Positions 1 through 12,358 of a stretch of DNA of 64,000 nucleotides are shown piece by piece. The DNA lies in assembly GCA_002633005.1 (NCBI GenBank), contig NMRA01000434.1, positions 200,001-264,000 of the forward strand, given 5' to 3'. How positions within the stretch are numbered: the first letter of the stretch is position 1; each line of letters begins with the position of its first letter. The position numbers and the translations under genes were made by a program. The notes beneath the pieces were generated by a model. The model was not told the DNA's origin and did no database searches. It saw only the letters and a program-made list of their open reading frames with translations. The DNA is from Phoronis australis. Its lineage: Eukaryota; Animalia; Phoronida.

Positions 1-329
1 AGTGAACCCCCAGTGGCTCGTGTCAGATCCTTCCGCAGGGGCTCGTCACAACACTCTAATAGCTGGATTACTGCGTCCTTGCCGCTGAGCTTCGTGGCCG
101 TGACGTAATCGTTCCACCTTGACACGAAGTATTGCCAGTCTTCGGAAGTTCCAGAGGGAGCGATGGTCGGCCGTTTTACCTTCTCTGGTCGGGGAGGGGC
201 TGTGGAGGTCGGTGTCGGCGCTGTAGCATGAGTGGTGGCGTGTGTCGTTAGCAGAGCGGCCACAATGCTGGCGTCAAGGTCGGGGGTTGTATATGTGCAG
301 CCTTCAATGGGGCAGGCAACGGTAGGCAT
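1..329 (-). mobile_element. Gypsy-type LTR retrotransposon, N-terminus of gag(-pol) ORF, running off the window start
   Basis: An open frame from ATG at 329 reads MPTVACPIEGCTYTTPDLDASIVAALLTTHATTH...EKVKRPTIAPSGTSEDWQYFVSRWNDYVTATKL...LLECCDEPLRKDL. This resembles gag N-termini of invertebrate Gypsy elements. It lies just downstream of an LTR/PBS-like region. Confidence 0.75.
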
Positions 330-382
330 GGCTTTAGATACAGATCGCCGTCATAAATAATCACGGGTTATTTCTTATATCA

Positions 383-690
383 TCGATCAGTCTTTATTGC
401 ATAGCCAGACAATATGACAAAGAATGATGGCGATCTACAAAACAAATAAAACATCCGTGACTTATGAGTAGATCTACGCTAGCTACAGACTGTAATAAAC
501 TAATGGCAAACTGAAGTGCGTGCCTAAACTAACAGTATACATGAATCTAAAGCTAATGTACCTGTAGAAGTGTTCACAGTGACTGTGGGCTGGAAGCTGC
601 CATATTGAGAGCAGCCAGCGCCGCCTATGGGGGAATGTAGTAAGCTCTCTAGTGGCAGTACCAATATTGTCTAACTAAACTATAGACACA
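383..690 (-). repeat. Probable 5' LTR of the Gypsy element
   Basis: On the minus strand it starts TGTG at 690 and has AATAAA near its end. It is followed by a PBS-like TGATATAAGAA (382-372) about 40 bp before the gag ATG. The partner LTR is outside the window, so the ends are approximate. Confidence 0.5.
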
Positions 691-859
691 ATCATATCTA
701 GAATCAGCCAAGGACTTGCTCTAAGATCGAAGATATTTAAAATTTAGCCATTGTTTCGAAAACGCTCCGAATGACAGTTGGCCGGTTGAACCGCGTGAAA
801 TAAAAACTTACAGTAAAAAATATATTTAACCCACTTGCTGGTTTAAAATCTGACTCCTG

Positions 860-1299
860 TGCCCGGTTGCATGAAACAGTCCCGAATAGGGACTCGACCA
901 AGTTCCCTAAATCTACTGTGTATTTGTGGGCTTGTGAAAACACTGATTGCCCTGTCGTATGCTGTTTGAGTCTCATTACTGCATGTAAGTCCAGTTTTGG
1001 CTTTGGTAGAAAGAGAGTGAACTCTACGTTGAATTCTCAGTATTATTGAAAATAAGTAGGGATCTTTTCATGCAACGCCCCTAATTTAAGGACTAAGTCC
1101 CTAAGTTAACTGTTATGACTAAATTAAGGGTTCAGTTTTTTAGTTATATTATTAGAAGGTGTCATAAGTCAAAGAGGAGCTCGTGATGATAAAATGATGG
1201 ACAAACATTACATCTGTGAGTATAGAACGAAACAAATGCGCAAAAGATTTAGGGAACTTAGTCGAGTCCCTATTTGGGACTGTTTCATGCAACCGGGCA
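860..1299. mobile_element. MITE, PIF/Harbinger-like, ~55-bp TIRs, 3-bp CTG TSD
   Basis: TGCCCGGTTGCATGAAACAGTCCC...CCCTAAATCT at 860-914 is inverted at ~1245-1299. CTG flanks both ends (857-859, 1300-1302). Confidence 0.85.
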
Positions 1300-2089
1300 C
1301 TGATCTTTTTTTCTCAGATTAGATGCTTTTTTAGCGTTAAGAAGAACTGACAGTCGATTATTGCTTAAGACTAAGCTGATGAGTTTCACTGCTTTCCGCC
1401 ACCGAAGCAGTCGTGGCCATCAGGGCAATTTTCAGGCGTTTTACCATGCCCAATTTCATTTCAAACACAACCTAAGTACGTTGCTTTCGAGGGCCAATAG
1501 ACCTTTGCTTGTGAAGCAAGTTAGATTTTGTTTTGGGCTCCAGAACGTGGTTTACTGCAGCCACCCACACTACAAGTTACCTAAGATGTCCTGAAGCTTC
1601 GGTAAACTTAAAGATACTATTTTCGCTTCATTTTTGTTAAAAACTTCATGAAACGGATCTTTACGCAAACACTTTTATTCGATGGTAGCCGCTTCAGAAA
1701 GTAACAAGTTGTGAATCGATGCTCTATAGACATCTCCACACAAGAGTTACTCTTTAACAACTTGCTCGGGGGTAACTTGTCCTCACTCCTCAGTAATAGC
1801 GAAGGGGACACCAGGTACGCATGTGCATGTAGTGACTGATCCCGCGCTGATGGCTCGAGCACGGAATAATTGTTGTTGTGCAATGAAAAGAAAAGTTTGG
1901 CAAGGATCATTACAATGAGTATCCCAAACTAGTAAGTTTAATATAAAAATGTTTCATTTTGAGTTTTTGTCTGCTTGTGATAAATTTGTAATCAGTGCTT
2001 TTAGCTGTGCTTTTGTATTATTAGGTTTTGTAGTCATTGAGATTTTTCCTCTTCATCGGAATTGCTCTTTATTGCAGAGTGTGAAGTTG

Positions 2090-3250
2090 ATGGGGCTAGC
2101 CAGAAAACGAATAGTGCGCGTTATATTCGTAGTCTCCGTGCTACTTCTGATCTTGGGCCCAACGCTGCTGAGATTTAAAGAAGCATTCATCGCCAAGCAC
2201 AATGTGTACTTCCTGAAGACACACAAAACCGGCAGCTGCACTGTTCAGAACATTCTCTATCGATTTGGTGACACTCGTAGACTGAATTTTGCCCTTGGTG
2301 CTGAAAATATCAACTTTCAATTTCCAAATAAAATACGTCGTCGCTTTCTATTGCCCATCGACTTGTCAAAGACAGTCACTGGTGAATATAATATCTTGTG
2401 CAATCATGCCAGATTTGATTACAACGGTGCTATGACATTTATGCCGAAGGACACTATATTCATCACAATTGTGCGAGACCCGGCTACAGCTTTTTTGTCT
2501 AGACTTCGTTACGAACCGGAAGTGTATAGGCCTTGCTTTGGTTTGTACTCGGACAACGTGGGTGCCGAATTCGCCAACAAAATGGCGTCTTATTATCCAG
2601 TTCGCCACTTACGACCCATGTGCGCCGGTGGTAGTCCAAGTCATAACGCCTTAGTTTTTGACATGGGTTTAGATCTGAAGGAAGTCGATAATGCTGATTT
2701 GGTTGTCAAGAAAATAACTGAAATTAATGATATATTTTCATTAGTGATGATTATGGAATACTTTGATGAGTCGCTAGTTTTATTGAGACATTTATTAAAT
2801 TGGGATCTGGTTGATATTGCATACCTTCGCCACAACGTTATGAAGAAGACTAAAACTGCAAAACCGCAGTCTCCCGAAATGCTCGAGAAAATTCGACAAT
2901 GGAATAGCGCTGATACTGCAGTATATAATTTCTTTAATGCGTCATTTTGGAAGAAAGCTGAACATTTTGGATTAGATAAACTTGCAGCCGAGGTGAAGGA
3001 TTTACGGACACTAAATGCCAAGTATTACCACGAGTGTGTTCAACTGGAAGTGCCTGGTGGACGAACTGACATTCTTCAAAAATCTAACTTGCCGTATCAC
3101 GACCAAGCCATGGCGTACGTGTTGAGAAAACATGCAAAAGCCTCTGAACTATGCACTCAATTGACGCGCACAGAAATTCCTTACTTCAATCTTCTATATG
3201 AGAGAATGGCAGGTTTAGGTATGTTTAAGGACAATGATTATGCTTTATGA
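2090..3250 (+). CDS. Galactose-3-O-sulfotransferase / galactosylceramide sulfotransferase-like (GAL3ST family), type II Golgi membrane protein
   Basis: N-terminal basic stretch plus TM (MGLARKRIVRVIFVVSVLLLIL), PAPS 5'-PSB motif FLKTHKTGSCTVQNILYRFG, HARF, FITIVRDP, EYFDESLVLLRHLL and WNSADTAVYNFFN. A splice acceptor (TTTATTGCAG, ends 2077) just upstream favours Met at 2090 over 1949. Confidence 0.9.
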   Translation: MGLARKRIVRVIFVVSVLLLILGPTLLRFKEAFIAKHNVYFLKTHKTGSCTVQNILYRFGDTRRLNFALGAENINFQFPNKIRRRFLLPIDLSKTVTGEYNILCNHARFDYNGAMTFMPKDTIFITIVRDPATAFLSRLRYEPEVYRPCFGLYSDNVGAEFANKMASYYPVRHLRPMCAGGSPSHNALVFDMGLDLKEVDNADLVVKKITEINDIFSLVMIMEYFDESLVLLRHLLNWDLVDIAYLRHNVMKKTKTAKPQSPEMLEKIRQWNSADTAVYNFFNASFWKKAEHFGLDKLAAEVKDLRTLNAKYYHECVQLEVPGGRTDILQKSNLPYHDQAMAYVLRKHAKASELCTQLTRTEIPYFNLLYERMAGLGMFKDNDYAL

Positions 3251-3871
3251 AGTTGTAGGTGGGATCCAGCTGATACCTTCCTTGAATCGAGTGTAAATTA
3301 AGCTTAAAACACTATCGAGTTACATTCCTCTGATCGGGTCCATCTGCTCTATCTTTATGCTCCTTGTCGGAATATTGTTGTTTCATCCATATGGCGTGCA
3401 TATTCATTCAAAATGTTCTCTACCTGACGTAATCGTTTGACATGTCTGTCAGTGACGCATAATCAGCTAAGTCAGGCGTAAAGGGGAATAAGTGCCGAGG
3501 ATGTTACAACGTAAATGGGTTTTGAAATACAAAATATTGATCTATAAATTGTTTATGACATAGTTTCATTAGTCAGTGTCATCGTAATGAAACTATGTTA
3601 AAATGGCATAGAACGTGAAAAACGGACTAAATGGCATTATTCAAAGTGGTTCTCAGGGACTGAAACTGAAATCGAACTATTCACCAGGTATTTTAACAGA
3701 TTGTTCTTAAAGATTTGGAATTTCTATTTGTGTATTTTTCCTTTAGTTTCAAATTTCAAGAAAAGGATCTGCCATCTGCTAGTTACTTCGTCGTTTTTTC
3801 TCCCACACCGGTTAAATCTGCCAGATATGTGTTTACTGTACATGTATGTGCTTCAAGCACGCGGCTATTAA

Positions 3872-5471
3872 AGGGGAATGCCACCCGATTTAATTAGCCT
3901 TTTTTACCGTCTTAATCGGTCTATATGTACATCGCCTCTTATACGGTCAACCTCACCTTGCCAAGAGGTGTCGCGTTAACCTGTGAGGAAGGTTAGAAAC
4001 GACACAGCGACGTCAGTGGTTCGTCTGCAGAGTGAGTGCCGCTATGTCGTGGTGCATCGTTCTCGCTTGTACGAACTATGAAGCTGGGAAGAAAGCGGAT
4101 ATATCGTTTTATCGACTTCCTCGAGAGCCCGAAATGCTTAGGAAGTGGCTCGCCGTAGTGAAGAATGAAAGGTACGCTGTTATTAGCAAGTATGAGGCCG
4201 TGAAATATCTCCGTGTTTGTGTCCGGCTATTCGTCGACAATGATTTCTCTGAAGAATTCCGGCTTACCAAAGAAATATCCATACGTTCCGTTGCCTGTGT
4301 ATGTTCACGGCGCCACTCTAATATTTCTTGATCAGTATATTCCGGTTTGAACTGATAGCCTGTGAAACCTAAAGATCCGACCCGTGAAGTCTTCGATGGA
4401 TGAGCTCTTGACTAAATCGGGATTGGCGCCGGGCGAGTCGCCATGTAGACGTTTATTATTCTGCGTTCTGTTTCAAAATGAATTATTCTCATCCTAACCA
4501 ATGCTTATATAAAACTGAAAAAGTATGTCTCATTAGATACAATTTGTAATGCCTTTGCAGTATTCGTGAGTGCAAATGTTGAGAAGCCAGCAATGGCCAC
4601 TGCGTTACCTGCTTATGATGCCGGCAATAAAGGTAATTGACCGGGCACCGAGGCCGTGTGAGCGCATGCTAATTCGTTCAGCACGGTGTTTGCTGACAGA
4701 AAGCTGTTGTGAAACAATTACTCGATTTCATATGCTATGTTCGCATGTTAGGGAAATTTTTATTTAGAAATACAAAAACATTATTAAAATCATTTTTACT
4801 GTGTACAGCCTTTGCCGTGACGGTCTGTGGAAGGGGAACCCGACTTCGCGGCCCCCGACAAGTAAGTAGATTTTCAGTTTTGTGGCTAATTCACATAAAT
4901 AATTACGTCCACATTATTTCTCTGGCTCACTATTATAGTCTTTTCGTGACTTGAAGTTTAGTTTCCTACTCAAGCTGGTTTATGTTCGTGCCAGTCCCGG
5001 TGGCTGCGACGGGCCTGATCGGGTTCCGAGCCACTAACCGGGACAAGCGTTCTGAGTGTTTATACTTCGAATTTATCTCCGAACAGACCCCAAGCTCCTG
5101 CTACGGACCTTCGTAAATTGGCCTGCCGAACGTTGTAGGCTACGGTGTGTCCAAATACCAATAAATCCGTAAAAGCCGAGCCAAATAAAACAACACGTTT
5201 TTATAAGAACTCGGTGTGTTTCTAAGGGTTTTACATCGAAGTTTGGTGATTTATTGGTGTTAAACGATAAATTCAAGCGATAAGCTGACACCAGTAACCC
5301 GTGTTGTGAACTAAACAGACTGCATCTGAAACGAATGACGTCATAGGATAAATTCAATGCCTCCGTCTGCCGTCAGGTTTCAGGTTACGCAACCGAACGT
5401 GCCGTTATCGAGTAGAACTACTCGATCTAAATTGATACAAAATAGGTTGTTTTTTTGGTTCGCATACTCCT
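3872..5471. mobile_element. Degenerate Kolobok-like TTAA element carrying a THAP remnant
   Basis: Left end TTAA|AGGGGAATGCCACC; right end GGTTCGCATACTCCT|TTAA (imperfect TIR). The internal ORF 4044-4331 (MSWCIVLACTN...SFYRLPREPEMLRKWL...RVCVRLF) is a decayed THAP domain. The two ends may belong to different copies. Confidence 0.5.
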
Positions 5472-8041
5472 TTAAACACAGTGCGGAAACGAAATAGTTG
5501 CTGCTACGCCACTTGCATGACAAGGCTAAAAATCGTTCATGGTCCGCCATTTTTTTACGTTGTTGTAAAGCTAATCAATGACTGCCGAGGTTACACCAAC
5601 CAATGCTAAAGCGCGTGCTACTGCGTGATACCTGTGTGCTGGCTAGGCACGTAGGGAACCAGCTAGAAGTGACCCCTGCGTGCTGGCTACCACCTAGCGG
5701 CACGCAGGTAACCAGCTCCCTCGAGGTATAGCTGCCTCGACTTTCAATCAAACAAAGTTTCACATTCGTTTCTGTAACCATGTCATTATTAAAGTGTTTT
5801 GATCAATTATCAGAACTTTACAACCTTTGGAACATCAAAAATGACTATAGAATGTTAGAAAAAGTGCCCCTGAACCCGTTTTTCATTTACAAGCATAGAT
5901 TGTTAAGATATGCGTTCGAACTACTTGTAGGATACAAGTTGATTATAATAATGTGTGGTTTCGTTTTGTTTTTTCGCAACTTTGTTTTAAAAAAAACCTT
6001 AGTGGAGGTAGTTCTCTTGACTATAACTGTCGGTAAAGAAATAAAAAAGAATCTTAATGAAAAATTCTGAAACGCGATTGTTCTTCTTGGCGTTGATGAC
6101 TCATTAACATAAAAACTTCGGTTGCAAGGATGTAAGCAAAATTGCGGAACAGTTATGGCGAAAACACGAACGGAGATCAGCGCGATTTAAGTAGAACGAT
6201 CAGGCGGCATCGTTATACGTCTTTCTGCAGTACGTCGAAATGCCTGTTATCAAAAAAACATACCTTTATTATTTGCGATCTATCTTAGTCACCAGGTGGC
6301 GAAAGTGTCTCGTCCATGAACAAAGTCTGTGCTCTCTTAATCGAGTCCACGCAAAACGACTTGGAAGAAGGGACAACGAGAAAGGGGAGCAGAAAAAGGT
6401 TACTATAAGCAGAATTTTTCGCTTGACATTGATTTTGATGCCCGATATTGTGTTATTCTTTTTTGTATGAAAATACTCGATATAGTTTTTGTAGATAATG
6501 CAACGGGATCTTAGTAAGATTATTCACGCTAATGTTGGCTTACAAAGCAAATGATCTGTCCGGAAGTTAACAATTGGATTTTTGATATCTCGTCAATAAT
6601 TGCTGCCAACGGCCCTAGTAACCGATGTGCGGAACTTATCGGCTGTTCTTTGTTTGAACTAAGATTTATGACATTCATAGGCAGGCTACTGTATCAGGTT
6701 TACAGCCAAATATCCTTATTATATAAATATTGACTTTGATGAACATCCCAATCACAGATTCTAAAATTTATCAAAAAGAGGAAAATGCGCGGGCGAGCAA
6801 GTGTCACGAAACGGACAAGGTCAGACAGTAATCGAAGAATCTATTACTCTACAGGACTGGGTAACAAGACAAGGCAATCTTATTGCAGTAATATGGGTCA
6901 AGTTTCAGCCAATGAAAGTGGAAGATTCGATTTGGTTAACTGGTCATGTAAAAAGGGTACGCAATTTCTCCATTTACCAACGCAATATATACGTTTGAGG
7001 TCTGAGATCGACGAGTAGCCTACTTCATCCGAGTTTTGAACCCCTTATTCCCGAAATTTGGGTTCACTCAGTCAAGAACTCATTAACATTGGGATACTAA
7101 GCCCTGATTTGAGGATTCCATCAAGAACTGGCTCTGTCACCAGCTGCATGCACCAACTCGCCTAAACCGTTAGTCACGTTTGTCGATTTTAGGAAATTAA
7201 GGAATTTTCAAACTTGTTCCAAATTTTGTATGGTTGACGACTCGGAGGGTTGCAGAGCATTATTTCATTTTAAAGATGCATGTTAGCAAGTCATAGTAGA
7301 TCTCAGTCAATAATCTAAAGCTGGGTTCAGCATCTTTAAACTATATTTTTTGTTGAATTTTATTTTAGCCTCAGGTTTGTCGACAATTTTGATTGTTACG
7401 AGTTTTGCGTTTTGAAATTCGATTTTGAGCTGGCAACAGTTAAAGTTGCATCCCCCCTGTTTAGCTGTCAATGTTGAATTCTTAACCGAAACGTTTAAGT
7501 GGGATATACTCATGTTTATTCAGTATTACCGTACTATTAGTCATATCATAGATTATAGACAACAGATTCGCAACTCCGGCATATTCTTACGAGCTGAGTT
7601 GAACTCTCCTGACCTATCTGCTGCAGTTTCCGGTCAGTGTAATTTGACGAGAAATACTTGCATCTATTTTACTGTCCAAAATAGCGAAAAAAACATTAAT
7701 TTATATTAATTTCGGTATTGAAACGCTTTTCAAAGTCTTTCAATAGTAGAAGTGTTGGTATTGTGAGTACTTTTGGCAATGCTACTGGTAATTAATTTCA
7801 AAATTCAAACTTCCGTTCCGACCCTTGATGTCGTCATAGTTATCGGACAGTTTTTGATTTACGGTTCACATAGGCCTACTGAGAAAACTACGAAAGCGTG
7901 TTTATAAATCAACATTCTCAAGTGAGCAGTTCTTGTGGGAAGTGTTGAGTAGCCCTTAAAAGGGCCGTTGGTTGTAGGTATAGCGTGAAATGGTTCTTAA
8001 AAGAACCGTTGAATATAATTCAACATAAATCACACAGTATA

Positions 8042-10989
8042 CACCGAGGACCTAAAGTCGTGAACGTAAGCACTAAGCCGGTTTGTAGGCGTACCTACCG
8101 ATTCTTTTCAGAACTGACTATGTGATGTAGTAAACATGATTAAATCCTCACAAATATTCTACTGTACTCACATTTAAAACTCGTTTTCAATCCATAGGCA
8201 GAGTTTTTGCAAGACATATGAAAACGTCGGCCATTTTCTTCGAGGCCCTAAAGTCGTGACCGTGTCGCCCTCTTTCTTTTAGACGGGAAAACAGAATAAG
8301 GCCAACCAAAATTGTGATTTTTGTAAACAAGTTTAGCTAAGAAAAAAGACCGTTTGTAGTTGTTAATAATCAAGTTTTAATTAGACCAGCTAGTTAACAT
8401 GAAATAACAAACAATAAAATTTTTCATAGTCAATCTCTTCTAAATACAATAAATAAATATTTAAAATATTTAATAAATAAAATATGAAATGTTTAAGTGA
8501 TATTTAAATTTGAAATTACAGCAATCATTAAATTAAACTGATTAAGTTTTCAACGTGTTAGGCACTGCCGATCCTTGTTATCACTTTCTACTCTTCTTGG
8601 AGCTGGCTTTGACGGCATGGCACGTGATGACAGGGGCAGAAAAATCTGTCGTGTCGCCTTAGTGCTGTCACATCACAGCAAAACCTTAGGTGAGTCCAGT
8701 GACTGCAGTCTTGGAATTCACATTTTCCCCAATTCACAATCACCAGAGATGCACATTGGCGTAGTTGAGGTGGTGACCACTTGTGACAGACACAGCAACT
8801 GTCCTCATCTCCCCCATCCGAGTCCTCAGTGCTGTCACTTTCAAAATGTGAAGCGTGTAATGGCTTTAATCCTGATGGACCTGGTTCATTATCTTTTCCT
8901 GGTTTTTGAACTTGATTTTTGTTGATGTTATTCTTTCCACATGTCTTTGACTCTTTTACCACCTGTTTCTTTTTTGTCAATTGTGCCTTTTTTGCCACCT
9001 GTGCCTTTTGTGTTGCCTTCGTTGTGTTCTTTTTCTTTTTCAGAGTTTCTACATCCTCTGTCAGCACCTTACAAGACAAATTAGCAGAACTGCTTAAGCG
9101 GACTTGTTCACTTGGCATCCGTCTCTTCGCTTCTGTACACCTCTGCAACCGTTTACTAAAAAATCATTTTCTACCTCACTTCCACCAGTAGTCATCAAAA
9201 ATGCTGTGGATGGAGTGATCATTTCAGGGGGGACAATGGTGTTGTCAAATGGGTATACTCCGGACTTTCGGAAAGCCGATTGCAGATTTTCTGGAGACAG
9301 CGCTTTCACGTAGGCTTTGCTTGCCAGGGAACAAAGATCAAAGCGAGTAATTCCAGCCCTTGTACCTTTCATCGCTTTGTGGCACAAATTGCCATACACT
9401 GCTTCCAGTGGTCCATAACACCCAACATCAAGTGGTTGTAGTATGTGTGATGTGTGGGCTGGCAGAGTTAGAATTGCAATGTTGTGGTTCTTCGCCCATT
9501 CTACTACAGTTATATCTGTGTGTGACTTGTGGCCATCTAGTAACAGTAGAACGGGCTCCTGAAGGCCACCTGGGACAAACTTTGCAAAGTGATCTTGTAG
9601 CCACTTGAGGAAAACTTCTGAGTTTGACCATCCACTGTCTGTGACTGTTCCACTTGCCCCTGGAGAAGAATCTTTCAGTAGATCCGAGTTGAATCTTTTG
9701 CCCTTAAAGACAAAGAACGGGGGCATCGCCTGTCCAGCTGCACTGCCACATCCCAATATTGTTGTGGTCACGGATCTGCCTGATGTGACCACTTGAGGGG
9801 CACACTTCATTCTGCTGCAGGCGACAATGTGTGGGGGCTTGTAATCTGTCGTCACACCCTTTTCATCCATATTAAATACTCTATGTGGCTTGTCTTCCAA
9901 ACCATACTTCATCAAAGCAGAATGCAGCACTTCAAAATATTTGTCAATATTCGCTTGACTTGTAGACTTTGCTCTCGCATACTCTAAACCCTTTGCTTTG
10001 ACAACTCTCACCTCTGGCCAGCGCTTGACAAACCCTCTAAACCACTTAATTGAAAGGGACTCTCCTGGCTTTCTTATTCCTTGCTGAATGGACCACTCCG
10101 TTACCATGGTTACGACGTCTTGCCTTGTATAACCATACCCAAGACTCGCCATTTCTTTTATATGTTTTACAATTAAGGCTTCCTGATGCACATCGAATAT
10201 TGGAGACACACCCATTGTGACGCATTCAGGTTCTATCCTCCCACTTACTCGGTCTCTCAACGTTTGGTAAGGAACATGGTATTGTGCAGCTGCTGAGTTA
10301 ATGGACATGCCACCCTCACGTACTTTATCGTATGCCTCAAGTAGACTGCCTAGGTCATACTTTCTCAGCTTTCTGTGTTGTTTTTTTACTGGCTTCTGTA
10401 ATAAATAAATGTTTTTGTAAACTGTTTCATTATTATTATGTGCTCCTGTTTGCTTACATTTTTTTCATGTTTCTACATCAAGGGGTAAAAAATACATAAT
10501 AAAAATGCTCACAAAATTTGTGTAAAAGTGTACATAATTATTATGTTTCGGATAGCTCAAATATGTAGAGTGACGTCAGCGCACTTTAAACAACGCTAAG
10601 GACCCAGCATAAAGTATCTGTAAATGCTGAGTTCCTCTGGCCTTACAAATTGTGGTCGACCCTGGGACATTTTGATACATTGTTTAAACAACCCCTAGAT
10701 TGCGTTTTATGTGAAATCTGAACGATTGTTGGTTTCGAATACATGTTTTGAAAATGCGCAAAAAACTGCATTAGTAAAATATGCTGGTTTAAGTATTATT
10801 TTTGAAAACAAACTCTCAACTCACAGTTTTGTTTCGCATTATGAAGAGCTACGTGTCCCGATACTCTTTTGACAATCGTAAGCAGACGAACGCTGGAAAC
10901 AGGAACGCTAGATGTCACGTGACCTTGCAGAAGCGGAAACGAGATGATTCACGACTTTAGGGCATTGCCGACTTTAGGGCCTCCGACGG
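8042..10989 (-). mobile_element. pogo-superfamily (Tc1/mariner, DD35D) DNA transposon
   Basis: Termini are imperfectly inverted and carry repeated CCTAAAGTCG motifs (~8050 and ~8246; inverted at ~10952 and ~10969). TATA flanks both ends. Encodes the transposase below. Confidence 0.85.
8588..10839 (-). CDS. pogo-like transposase: psq-HTH, CENP-B HTH, DDE_1 domain, C-terminal PHD finger; one frame break at ~9160
   Basis: Exon 1 is 10839-10825 (MRNKT|GTGAGT) and exon 2 starts at 10395 (TTACAG|KPVKKQHRKLRKY...MSINSAAAQYHVPYQTLRDR). Catalytic motifs FNMDEKG, LLLDGHKSH and LQPLDVG, with 35 residues between D2 and D3. The PHD (CCVC...CEFQDCSHWTHLRFC...FFCPCH) is in the -1 frame, 8588-9148. Confidence 0.88.
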
Positions 10990-11283
10990 TATACCATGCT
11001 CACTCATGCTCAAGTACTGAAGGTCCTCTTCATTCAAGTTTTCATCTGGGAAGGTTGGATGAAAACAGAGGAGATGACAATATCGATGACAGTTGTAACA
11101 CCTTAGATAGATATTACCGTTCACCAACGTTGTCACGAACCCTGCATCGTTCAGTTCTTGTTCCTGTATCCACAAATAATCCTGAACTGTAGGAAAAAAA
11201 ATGACAAACAACACAACGAATCAAATTTCGGAAAATCATCGCCTTCGTACGATTCCGTGTTGCTGTCACCAGACTGATGTTCT
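10990..11283 (-). pseudogene. Small PHD-finger ORF, disrupted; its last codons lie across the pogo insertion at ~8019-8041
   Basis: CVVC (needs a 1-nt shift in the T8 run at 11194-11201) ... RCYNCHRYCHLLC ... EHG, continuing after the transposon as ILCDLC*. Together these give a complete C4HC3 pattern. Confidence 0.6.
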
Positions 11284-11797
11284 TCTCCAACGTCCATCGT
11301 AAAAAATCGACGTTGCAAGTGATGGAAACTTGTCTACGCTCTCGTCCTTTGTTTCTAACCTTTAACCCATTTTTTAAAAAAGGGGTGTACTGTTTTTGTC
11401 TCATGTTGATAGTGCATAATCTATGGTTTTACAATGTATTAATCGTGATGAATGCATGTATATGAACTGGTCTCATTGAGGTGCACAGCAAATAAATTAA
11501 CTATAACAAATTAAAGTTTTGAAAGTATAAAGAGCAGTAACAGACTACCTAAAAATCAGGCTTGTTTTCGAAAGGTTTGCGCCATTGGTGATCCGATTGG
11601 TTCAATCGCTTGCGGCGGGAAAATGATAGACCCAGTTATTGTGCGCGTGTACACTGTATCAATACTTTGTATCTTATTCTTATTTGTCTAATCTGTTGAT
11701 ACAGTAAATTTCCTTATTTATGCCCATCCTGATTTAACCCTGACTTGAGCTCCTTGGGTTCTACCATATTGGGGCTGTCCAGCCTGGGACTCACGTG

Positions 11798-11936
11798 CAT
11801 GCGCGCACCCAGTCTTCAAAATGGGGGGCTCGAATTCCTGACGTTATGGACCTGTTGTTAACAAGAGAGCGGGCAGACCTTTTTGCCCACTTCGCCAAAT
11901 GGGGGGGCTCGAACCCCCCCTCTGAGTGCGCGCATG
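11798..11936. mobile_element. Small MITE, TIR CATGCGCGCAC(C/T)CAG, 5-bp TSD ACGTG
   Basis: TIRs and duplicated ACGTG (11793-11797, 11937-11941) are visible directly. Confidence 0.8.
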
Positions 11937-12201
11937 ACGTGGTGTTTCATTTTAGCGGCTATTTCCAATTGTGTAGGTGAAGTAAATTAACAAAGTGGAT
12001 GATTATCATCACCGGTATTTCATCATTAGTATTTTTGTCGGCCTCTCAAGTTTTCCGTGGCTAGGGATTCTCACATCTGTAAAGTAGACGTGTTTCAGTG
12101 AACCTCCATGTTTGTGGCGTTATTTATACCTGACCAAACTTTGAAAAAGAAGCCCGCGTTTAAACCAGGAGCTGCATTGGGTGCAATTTGTGTAGACGTT
12201 T

Positions 12202-12358
12202 CATGCGCGCACCCAGCCTCTAATACGGGGGCTCGAATCTCTGGCAAAGTGGACCTTTTGCTAACAAAAAGCGTGAGAACTAAAATAAAAAACGGGGTAC
12301 TGCCGTATTGTGGACTTTCGTCTCTTTCTCTTGGACTTTTCCCCTGGGTGCGCGCATG
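12202..12358. mobile_element. Second copy of the same MITE family, 5-bp TSD CGTTT
   Basis: Perfect 15-bp TIR CATGCGCGCACCCAG. CGTTT at 12197-12201 and 12359-12363. Shares the internal GGGGGCTCGAAT...GGACC with the first copy. Confidence 0.8.

Noticed and set aside
1949-2089. N-terminal extension of the 433-aa sulfotransferase ORF
   Set aside because: The sequence is T-rich and intron-like and ends in a good acceptor at 2077. Met at 2090 gives the normal type II topology.
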